Source: Takakia lepidozioides
Lineage: Eukaryota > Plantae > Bryophyta
Assembly (NCBI GenBank): GCA_030704615.1
Contig: CM060731.1
Location: 66,588,001 to 66,652,000 of the forward strand
Reading direction: 5' to 3'
DNA: 64,000 nt
Under the pieces are notes generated by a model, which was given only the letters and a program-made list of their open reading frames with translations, did not search any database and had not been told where the DNA came from. Positions 28,070 through 38,430 of the stretch are shown one piece after another (the first letter of the stretch is position 1; each line of letters begins with the position of its first letter). A program made the translations under genes and the position numbers.

Positions 28070-28080
28070 TTGGCAAGACT
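28070..28080 (+). promoter_or_regulatory. Self-priming primer binding site (Tf1-type)
   Basis: TTGGCAAGACT is 10/11 complementary to AGTCTCGCCAA (27807-27817), ~30 nt downstream of the LTR TATA. Confidence 0.75.
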
Positions 28081-28105
28081 AAAGTTTGTTCCTTAGTTAG
28101 TTAAG

Positions 28106-31100
28106 ATGGAAGACACATTTGAGAAAATGGTCGCCACATTGCAGAATCTTCAGCTCCAGATGCAAGAACTTAGTACCTCTACCGCCTAATTGCAAGCTGA
28201 TCAGTTTCAAGATCTTGGTAATGCTCTTCACAATTTGCAACAACAAATTTCAGAGTTAAAGGAATCGAACAATGGATCTTCAACCATACGAGTCCCTACT
28301 GCAACAGCTTCCACTACAACGGTTCCTCTTCAACAGATTAAGAGATAACCAAAGATCAACATGCCCGAGAAATTTGATGTGACGAGATCAAGATTTCGCG
28401 GTTTTGTTCAACAAGTACGACTGTTCCTACGACTACATCTACAACGCTACCCCGATGAAGGTATTCAAGTGGGATTCGTGGGCACCATTCTATCAGGCAC
28501 TGCCCTATCTTGGTTTACACCGCTATTAGAAAAAAATTCGCATTTACTATACAATTTTGAAGCATTCATATCTGAGTTCACTGCAACGTTTGGAGAGAAT
28601 GATAGAGATAAAGTTACAGAGACAAAGATGCGAAATCTTCGACAATGAACACGTCCTGCTTCCGTTTATGCTGCCGAATTTCGACAACTTACATGCGACC
28701 TCAACTGGAATGAGAAGAGCCTCATTAGTCAGTTTCGATGTGGGCTACAAGAGGCTGTAAAAGATTTGTTGCTGACAATGCCAAACGTGAGCACACTGAG
28801 TGAATTCATCACCCAAGTCATTGCATGCGATAATCGTTTGTTCGAAAGCCGTCAAGCGAAGCGATCTGGATGGTCGACAACGCATCATGTCGCTGCTACT
28901 ACGACACCAAACACAACGATCCATTAGACATCTGGTAGTGATCATATGTAGATTGATGCTGTCCGATTCAAGCCATTGACGTCACAAGAAAAACAAAGAC
29001 GACGCTCGAATGGATTATGCCTCTAATGCGAAGAAGAATATCACATAGCATTAAATTGCCCCAACAAGAGAAGATTCAAAGCTTAGGGCGCAACTCAAGT
29101 GTTCGATACGAGGAGGTCAGAAAACGAAGATGTCTAGTCACAGTAGGGACCATGCGGCTGGACACCACAAATTCCTCACTGAAAAAATGTCTCTTTCTAC
29201 CTCCAGACCCTGTACCTTGTTTCACAGTTCCGGTAAAAATCAGAGTGCAAAATCGAGATATCTTTGTAGAAGCACTTTTGAATTCAGGGACTTCAACATG
29301 TTTTATGGACAAAAACTTTGCGAAGCAATACAATTTAACGCTCATAAAGAAGAAACTTTCGACCCATGTTGAAGTCATCGATGGACGACCGTTAGCATTA
29401 GAAAATGTTGACCATGAAACTTGACCACTTGAAGTGAAGCTTAAAGATCGAGCATTACATATTGTTTTCAACATCATCCAATCTCCAACGAATCATGTGA
29501 TCCTTGAACTTCTCTGGTTTGTACTTCACAATCCTGACATCGACTGGCGATCGCGACAAATTTCTGCAAGACAAAAATGTAGAAATATCAAAGGTATTCA
29601 ACCCATATTCCTTGGAGCTAGAGCTTTCATGAGAGTTACCAAAAAGAATGCGACATTTGCACTTTATGCGACTCCGATCAAGACCACAACAGACAAAGGT
29701 ACTTCAACATTACCCACTCAATATTAAGATTTCAAGGATGTCTTCGAGAAGAAAAATGTAGACATATTGCCAGAACATCGACCTTATGACTATGCAATTG
29801 AGTTACAAGAAGGAGCCCAACCACCATTCGGCCCAATCTATAACTTATCCCAGACGGAGTTGGCTGCATTACGAATACATTGATGTAAATTTGTCGAAGC
29901 ACTTCATCCGACATTCAAAATCACATGCCGGGACGCCTATCTTGTTTGTGAAAAAGAATGACGGATCATTACGCATGTGTGTAGACTATCACGGTCTCAA
30001 TAAAGTCACAATTTGACAATTAGATATTTTCACAGAATGAAGAAGAACATGGCCGTCATGTACGCCTTGTCTTTCATAAATTAAGATAAAGATGACTATA
30101 TGCCAAGTTGGAAAAAATATCTTTTCCATCAATCTGAGGTTGAATTTCTGGGCTACATTATTTTCGACAAAGGCGTCTTTATAGATAAGAAGAAAATACA
30201 AACCATCATTGAGTGGATTAAACCAATTTCGGTCCGAGATGTACAATGTTTTTTGATATTTGTAAATTTCTATAGAATCTTCATCAAGGACTACTCCAAA
30301 ATTGTTGCACCATTGACACGACTCACAGGGAATGACAAATTTGTATGAGACGAGAAGGCTGACCAGACATTTGAAAGGCTGAAACGGACATTTACAACTG
30401 CTCCAATACTGGTACATGCAGACCCATCTAAACAATTCTTCTTGGAAGCAGATGCATCGGACTTTGCACTTGGCGCTATACTCTCTCAATACGGTACGGA
30501 TGGCCGACTTCTCCCTGTTGGTTTTTGTTCTCGCAAATTTTCCGTTGCAGAGATCAATTATGAAATCCATGACAAAGAACTTATAGCGATCATCGATGTT
30601 TTAAAGGAGTGGCGTCATTTATTGGATGGAGCTAAACATCATGTCACTATTTACACCGATCACAAAAACCTCGAATATTTTATGAGTGCTCGTGTTTTAA
30701 ATCGACGTCAAGCAAGATGGGGTATGTCACTAGCAAGGTTTGATTTTGTTATTACCTATCGTCCCGAACATCTCAAAGGAAACCCGATGCTCTTTCTCGA
30801 CGATCGTATCTTGCGCCGAAAAAAAATGATGCAGCTTTCGACCAACAGAAATCCATCATATTAAAACCAACAAATCTCCAATTGAATATGTTATCCATGT
30901 GCACCTATGACGATGTAGAGATCATAAAGGAGATTCAGGAAGCATTGAAGAGCGACCAATTTGCTATGACACTACGAAGTCAACTAAATTGACCTCGAGA
31001 CAACCCATATGTTACAAACGACTTCGAATTCAAAGATGGCTTACTTTATTTCAAGGGACTTCTCTATGTACCTCCAGGACCTACACGACTTTGAATTTAT

Positions 31101-34025
31101 CAAACATGTCATGATCTTCCGGCTGTAAGACATTTCGGCTTCAACAAAATAATGGAATTGGTATCCAGGGACTATTGGTGGCCGCAGATGTGGAAACCCG
31201 TGAAAGAATTTGTAAAATCTTGTGACACCTATACTAGGGGGAAGGGACCACGACATCGACCTTATGGCCTTCTTCAACCATTCCCCATTCCCAAGGGTCC
31301 ATGGACGTCCTTATCTATGGACTTTATTACGAACCTTCCAATTTCCAAGACCATCGACTCAATCATTGTTATTGTGGATCGTTTTACGAAGATGACACAT
31401 TTCATTCTATGTAATAAGACGGTTACAAGCGAGGAAACTACAAGACTCTTCCTCAATAATATCTACCGCATGCATGGACTCCCGAAGGACATCGTATCTG
31501 ATCGAGGACGCTGTGACTGGTTGTGCGACTGTGTTGGGCTGTGACGGGCTGTGTCGGACTGTGATTGGCTGTGCGACTATGTTGGGCTGTGTCGGGCTGT
31601 GTCGGGCTGTGACTGGCTGTGTGGCTGTGACGGGCTGTGTAACCCCCCCCCCCTAAAGTGCGCTGCTGTCACCCCTAAGGCTCCTGTTGGTCTCAGTCTG
31701 TGCAAAAATTAAGGGTACCCCACAGATCCCGTAAAAGTGCCTAAGTCCCAAACAGTCCTCTAACATCCACTCCCTGTGCTCGCAACGTTGCCCGTTCCAT
31801 TGCCTGCTTCTAAGGATGGCAGGAGTTTGGGGTACATATGTGACATTCCCTCCAATTCTCATACTCCAAACACACGGTCTGCTCCTCTGTGCTGCTCTCT
31901 TCGCTTGCAGCGTTTTTTTCTGTCAATTCCATTGCTATGCATTCTAAGGGCGTGCTCATGCGCCGTCGACGTCAAACACTTCACACTGCTTCATGGCATC
32001 GGAGCATGGCAGAAATTTAGCGAAAGCACAAAATTCGGTATGTTGCACAGTAAGCAAAAGCGTTGCGCATCAGCAAGAGAGCGGAAGACGCTTGTGCAGT
32101 TGTGTTTCGTTGGCTGGGAGAGAGCGGGATCCATAGGAGGGAGGCCGTCCCTCACTTTTTCTGTCTTTCCGCTTGCAGCAAGAGACTCGATGCCTGTGGG
32201 CAAAAGTAGCCGCATCTCTACGGTTATGCTGCTTGGTACCACCTCCTCAAGCTCCCATGTCCTATTGGTTTCAACCTGTGATAATCGTGCATGTCACATT
32301 CACTTCGATTTAGTGTCTGTACTTGTCTGTGCAACCTCATTTCAATGCCATTCGATCATTTGTAACCAATATTTCTCTTATCAGCTGGGCCATGTTTTGG
32401 CGTGCGAGTGGGTGGATCTGAACAAACGTATCTCCAGGCTTGTATTCCACTACCAGATGGCGTCGACCGCTGCAATTTTTCTGCTATCATTGTTGTACGG
32501 TGGCAATCCTGTCAGACGGTGAGGGGTGAATAATTGTAGGAGGCGCACACAGGGCGATCTGTTTCAGACTCGGTGGCGTGATCAATACACAGATTTTGGT
32601 CTACTGAATTTCATGTTCTCTCGGTGCACTTCACTGGCCAGAGACTTTTGTTCTGTAATCTTTTGAAATCATGAGTGAATTGAATATTTTGCATGGTTGT
32701 GCCTATCCATTGAATGCATGCTGTGATTGTCTGCCGCTTCGCAGTATGAGCCTTGGTTTTGATGCTGACCGCGATGCCCAAACACTGTAATGCATGGGCA
32801 CCATTTACACATAACCTCACATACAGAGTGCGGTGCACAGTCGTCTCTCTAGCACGTTCGTTATGTTCAAATTGTTCTCCACACAACCCAAACGCCTTAC
32901 TAATCTGCTTGTTGGGCACGCCATCCAAAACAATTTAAGCGTGGGAGGCAACAACCCCATCATATCAGCAGATTTGAGCATTGTCTGAGAAAAAACAAGG
33001 CGAGTGGCACACGCGAAGAATAAACCCTTAGAATCTGTATACGCCACATTGTAGGATAGTTGTGAGCGTTGATGGGGAATGGACGGCCAAGATCCGACGG
33101 GAGGTTGGGATCAGTCTACCAAAAAGTGAGGGTAGAGCAACATGGGAGGAGGGGATGAACAGGGGAGCAGAGAGCGCCCCGAGGATCAAATGGGAGATGG
33201 CAACTGTTCATATCAAATTTCTGGAGGGGATTATTTCACATATTGGATACTAAGATCAACCTCTCTACAGCTAATTACCTACAGACTGATAGTCAAACCG
33301 AACGCATAAATCAGATTTTGGAGCAATATCTTTGTTGTACGATAAATTATCACCAAGATAATTAGACGGACCTTTTGCCATTAGCTGATTTTGCCTACAA
33401 CAACACTATACATTCTTCGACCAAGCAAACTCCATTTTTCTCCAATTATGGTCATCATCCTCGAGCAAACTCTTTCCACATGAAAATTGTTGGAAGCCCT
33501 GCTGTAGAAAACCTTGCTACTCATCTTGCTACAATTCACAATGAGCTTACATTCCGCCTCGCGGAAGCTCAAAAATAATACAATGAGTATGTAGATCAAC
33601 ATCGCCAACTCCAACCCCAGTTCAAGGTCGGAGATCGTGTGTGGCTTCTTCGACGGGACATAACAAACCTCATGACCATCAAGGAAGTTGGATTATCAAC
33701 GCCTGGGACCATTCAAAATTATTCGACAAATAAATCAGGTCAGTTTTCGGCTTGAACTCTCACGAAGTATGCGCATCCATCCAGTATTTCTTGTTTCATT
33801 ATTGGAGTTGTATCATCCATCGAATATTCCATGGAGAGTCTCCGTACCACCCCCACCAATCGACGTCAATCAGGAAATCGAGTATGAAATCGACGAAGTC
33901 CTAGACTCTCGCATCAAGTATAAACGTCTTGAGTATTTCGTACATTAGAAAGGTTATGACATCAGCGAACGAACGTGGGAACCTTCATTCAACCTCACCA
34001 ATGCATCTGACAAAGTCTAAGAGTC
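28106..34025 (+). pseudogene. Disrupted gag-pol with chromodomain
   Basis: Gag PEKFD..RSRFRGF; protease ALLNSGTS (D>N); [20 protein letters not shown] followed by deletion of the RT core at ~30015; RNase H EADASDFALGAIL; integrase LSMDFIT..IVSDRG|FISNFW..QTERINQ; chromodomain EYEIDEVLDSR..LEYFVH*KGY..RTWEP; many stops. Confidence 0.92.
31510..33204. other. 1.7-kb composite insertion splitting the chromovirus integrase; starts with a ~10-bp GCTGTG-based repeat (31510-31640) and poly-C
   Basis: Integrase stops at IVSDRG (~31509) and resumes at FISNFWRGLF (~33207); no TSD seen. Confidence 0.8.
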
Positions 34026-34622
34026 ACAACAATGATGTCAGCTAAGTTAGCTTCAAGGTTAAGACTCTACATTCAATGTACCTAATACACGCTAAGGAGG
34101 GAGGAGCACCACACATCAGTATATATAGCTACACTTCCAGCACTCTTACATCTCGTATTGGCAGTATGGAATCACAGAAACCAGATACATTGGAGTTGTC
34201 ATTTACCCAACTACCAGATCAGCCGTTCCAACTCTCACGACCTTCAACATCACGCCGACGCTCTCGAGACGATGGGCTACCAATAAGACTCGTACCTCCT
34301 CGTCTAGACCCCGTACGACAGCAAATGGAGCCTACTTGAAGTCTGATAATCTTGTTGGAGGTTGAGGCTTCGGACCCAGAGGGCAACGAAATCATGTTTG
34401 AAAGCAGCTTCGAAAATCAGAATGTTTAAATCACTGCGTGGTCCCAAGTTCAAGGTGTTGGACACTATCAATGGTTGCAGGGACCTATAAATCATTTGAG
34501 TCAAGAACGAAGAGCCGAATACTTAGCAAGTACCATTCGTCGGATTTTGGATTTTCTCCAACTCTAAGCAAGTCCAAGATTTTACCGTTCCTCGAGGAAT
34601 TCGGCGCTAGAGGATGGGGTGA

Positions 34623-35096
34623 TATCACGGACATAGCCCAGAGGAACTTACCAGGAGTAAATACCAGAAATTATCAAGTTACCATGTTACCGGAAGTTAT
34701 CATGACTTACCGTGATTTATCATGATCTACCATGATTTACCATTAGTTACCAAGTTACCGGGAGTATACCAAATTACTGAGAGTAACTTGGGAAATTGCT
34801 CAGGAAGCTTCCTTTGGAGGAAACTTCTCCACCAAGATACCTCATTTGTTTAAGGAAGCTTCTCCATCAAGAAACCTTTGTTTAACCTCAGAAACTTCTC
34901 AATCAAGAAACCTCCATAGGGGAAACTTCTTAGAAAACTTATTAGTAGCCAGTATATATAGGAGGCGAGACTGGACACTCTTCAGTCTCGCCAACACAAG
35001 TTCAAGCTACTCTTATTCCCAGTCCCAGTACTCCAGTCCAGCTTTCAGTACTCTAGTCCAGTTTCCAGTATCTGGTACCCCAGTCCAGTTTCCAGC
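34623..35096 (+). repeat. Truncated 3' LTR of the chromovirus
   Basis: Collinear with 27492-27894, then breaks at ...GTTTCCAGCA|GGGAGG. Confidence 0.85.
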
Positions 35097-36595
35097 AGGG
35101 AGGCATCTGTTGGTCTGTCGGAGATCTCAGGGATTCCTCGGGCTCCGACTCCTCAGATTCCTCCCGTTCTTGAGTGGCCTCGTTTTCAAAAACATGCATC
35201 GCTTCCTCAAATGTCCGCTTCGGTGACACGTCGCCCCCATCGGGCTCACCAGGATCATCACCTTTCGGGCCATTCCGCTTTCGCTTTGGCTTGCCCGACC
35301 CCATGATGAGGCCGATCCCAAGGACGATTGCGTACTGAACTCTAAGCTCTGATACCAAGTGTCGCGTACCTCACTTCGGTAAGCTCCCCTTCAAGTCATA
35401 GTTACTCGCTTCGATGCGCGCGCCTAACTCCCAACCTGGCCGCCGGGCCAACTCGGAGCTTCGGCTGCTCACCGAGACATAACGGTCCCCCTTTATTCTT
35501 CCAAGAAACCCTCCACCAATTTGGGCCTAGTGGAAATTCCCTTTGGTGGATGGCAGTCCGGAATAGCTCCCCACTCCTTGGTTGCTTTCCGGCTTGCTCG
35601 CTTACTCACTAGGTTTTTGACACCAACGGGCTTGCACCGTTCTCGGGGTTACTACTCCCTATATATACTTCTGTGACTGTCCGCGGGGGTTTCACAAACA
35701 ACCATGCCATTTTATGGCGAACCACCACGAAAACCCTCGACTCCCGGTGATAAGTCGCGGTGAGTTTTGGCCCACCCACCACGGTCCCATTGGACCGTGA
35801 TGAGTCCCAAGACTCCCCACGACTCCCACCACAAGGTCTCCGCCCCCATGGTGAGTCCTATGCCACCCCCACTAAATCCCACTAAGCTACCACCACCCCT
35901 CGTGGAACCACCCCCACCGCAACCCCCACCGCAACCCGGTGCGCGGGGTTCCACCTAGTGAGTGCCTCCGCCTCCTTGAGTGCCCAAGGCACTCAAGGGT
36001 GCTTCAGCCCCCGCATCTATTGTCGCCACTGCCCCCACCACAGGGGCAGCCCCTCTCGTGTCCCGACCCCCTGCCCTCAAGGCAAAGGGCCGCGACACCC
36101 CGTTTGTGGAGGATTTTGAACTTGATGAGGAATTTCAATTGGATCACGACATTTTCAAACAGGCATTCACTCGTAGCCCTCATCTTACAACAGCCGGCCC
36201 ATTTAGATTGGTACATGCACATCTACCCGACTATCTTAATCCACAAGACTCTTCAAGTGGCTTTCCCAGCTGTTCTAAGTTTGTTTTTTCATTGCGACTG
36301 GACATATATCTACCCCAGTAACACGTTTGCTTGGAGCAACACGGCTCTTGGCCATGTCTAAGAATACATGTGGGATTCGTTCTATAGCAGTGGGGGGAGT
36401 CCCCACGATTCCCACCACAAGGCCCCGCGGTGAGTCATATGCCACCCCCACTACGACTCCATATGCTACGACCACCCCGCTTGGAGCCCCACCGCAACCT
36501 AGTTGCACCTAGTGAGCGCCTCTGCCCCCACTCATATTCACTGTCGTTGCCCCCACCATAGCTTGGGCAGCCCCTCTTGCCACGCGGGTCCCGAC
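35097..36595 (-). mobile_element. 5' fragment of an LTR retrotransposon (LTR, tRNAiMet PBS, start of gag-like ORF); distal boundary approximate
   Basis: Minus strand reads ...GGTACGCGACA CT TGGTATCAGAGC (LTR end 35360; PBS 35357-35346), then MGSGKPKRKRNG...; LTR related to the solo LTR at 16039-17257. Confidence 0.78.
36085..36395 (+). pseudogene. Non-LTR (CRE-like) reverse transcriptase N-terminal fragment
   Basis: AFTRSPHLTTAGP....HLPDYLNPQDSSSGF...LGATRLLAMSKNTCGIRSIAVG resembles the RT domain 0-2 motif L.AL.K..GG.RPIAVG. Confidence 0.6.
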
Positions 36596-37045
36596 CAGTG
36601 TTAGGCGGGTATATTGATTTCAATATACCCTCAGGGTCTGGGTTATCCCTTTTCAGAAAAAAACAATGGACCCTTTGGGTCCGGGTTTCAAATTTGTGTG
36701 CACATACAATCCAGGTCGGGTCAGGGTAAAATAAGATCTGAATAAATATTCATATAATATACCCTCAGGGTCAGGGTAGATGAAGGGTCCGGGCCTATTA
36801 TTCCTATTATCTTCATAAAACAAATAATGGAACAACATAATAATAATGGAAGGTCCACCACACAAGGGCTGAAATGCCTCCTTTGGCCCTACACACATGA
36901 TTGAAGACTTTAAAATAGTCCAATAGAAAATGACGCAGCTAATTCATGTTTTCAACACCTTAAAAAAAAAAGTTTCGGAGTCGCATTCCCCTCGGATGCT
37001 TGAGGGCTTTCTTCAGGATTATTTTTTCCTTGTTTCTCCTTTTAA

Positions 37046-37834
37046 CCCCTAAACGACCCGAATCGGGTCGCTTCAGTCGGGCACCAGGTCCACCTCCCTT
37101 GGATGTGAGTGGATGGAGGTGGGTCCCGAAAATAAAGTGAGGGGGGTAAGGAGAAGCACACGTGCGGATTTAAAGCACCCTGAAAATATTAAAAGCTCTG
37201 CTCCCTATAATTTTTGAAAGTGCAAATTCAGCGTTGACTTGCCTACGTGGTAGGCCAAATGAGGAATCTTGAACAACATCTAGGGTTCAGATTTTATCAA
37301 AATGCCAATTTGTTTTTACAAGGTACTATATAATGTTAGTGTGTACTTACTTACCAGAGGAATTAGCAAACAAATATCATGTCATGGCTCTACTTGGGTA
37401 AGAAGCCAAACCATGATAAATACCCCCCAAATTTCACATACAAAGCACACACCCCCCCCCCCCCCCCCCCCCCCCCCGCCCCCCAATTTTTTGGCAGATT
37501 CACCTGAAATTTGGTGTGAGGGTTTGGGATGCAGCACTACACTTGTTCTCCCATAAATTTTTTGCAACATTGATTTTTTGCTTGGTCAAACATGAAGTTA
37601 TAGTTTTTTTTTTTTTTAAATTCCAGAAACTGCACTATTTTCAATTGTTATAATCTCCCCCAACAAAACGGTGGAATCTCCCCAAATTTGGGGTGCTTGT
37701 GCATCTGGTAGGTCGGTGTGACTTTGTACGGTTCATCCACGTGGATGAAGGGGGATAGGCAGTTGCAAGTTGAAGTGTGAGGGTGGGTCCCGGTTTTGTC
37801 CCAAAATCCAAAAAGAGGTCTAGTCGCTTAGGGG
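37046..37834. mobile_element. Second piggyBac-type MITE (789 bp), related to 7986-9130, opposite orientation
   Basis: TTAA|CCCCTAAACGAC ... GTCGCTTAGGGG|TTAA (11/12 TIR match); shares GGATGAACCGT..CAAAGTCA..C.ACCTAC and the CGACCCGAT.CGGGTCG palindrome with the first element. Confidence 0.8.
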
Positions 37835-38416
37835 TTAATATTACTATTGGGCAACACTCTCTTTTTCAAGAATAAAATAAAATACCATCCATTGGCATAT
37901 AATGAAGAGGAAAAAAATAAAACCCCTGAGAAGCCATAAGGTAGATTAGACACCCCGGTTGAGGACAAGTCCACCCATTAACCCTTAAGTGTCAATCCAA
38001 CCCGTTTTGGGTTGGTTAGGTTTCTTTTGTTAGAAGTCAGCTCAGATTTAGTTAGCTAGGGTTCTGTTAGGGTTTTTTGACGGCTAGGGATAGTTCTACC
38101 AGAAGGTTCCAGCCACCAGAATTTTCTAGAGAACTCATGTAGGATTTAAGAGAAAGGCTGAGGCAATGCCCAGCACTTCTTCTAGCATTTTGGATGTGCT
38201 ATCCTAGTAGATTGCAGAGAGAGGAGGAGGAGACGTCCAGCATCTACTTTTGTAAGTTTTTTCTTTTGCAGTAAGGAGCATTCTTGTTAGGACTGACACT
38301 TCTTGTTAGTACTAACTCTTTGGTTGGTTTAGGCTGTCAGTTTTTGTACTGCTGCTTGTGCTAGAAGCTATCTGTCAATATCACTAGGAGGTAGAGGACA
38401 GGTCTAGTTTCCAACA

Positions 38417-38430
38417 GGTTATGGGCCCAC
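38417..38430 (+). promoter_or_regulatory. PBS complementary to the anticodon arm of tRNAiMet (half-tRNA priming)
   Basis: GGTTATGGGCCCAC directly after the LTR is the reverse complement of GTGGGCCCATAACC in plant initiator tRNA-Met. Confidence 0.88.

Larger units (their letters stand above)
27492..35096 (+). mobile_element. Degenerate Ty3/gypsy chromovirus (Tcn1-like), 3' LTR truncated
   Basis: 5' LTR TGTCA..TGACA 27492-28067; homologous 3' LTR from 34623 after PPT AGAGGATGGGGTGA; order gag-PR-RT-RH-INT-chromodomain. Confidence 0.92.

Noticed and set aside
31776-32522. 248-aa ORF as a gene
   Set aside because: Non-ATG start, no recognisable motif, composition like non-coding sequence.
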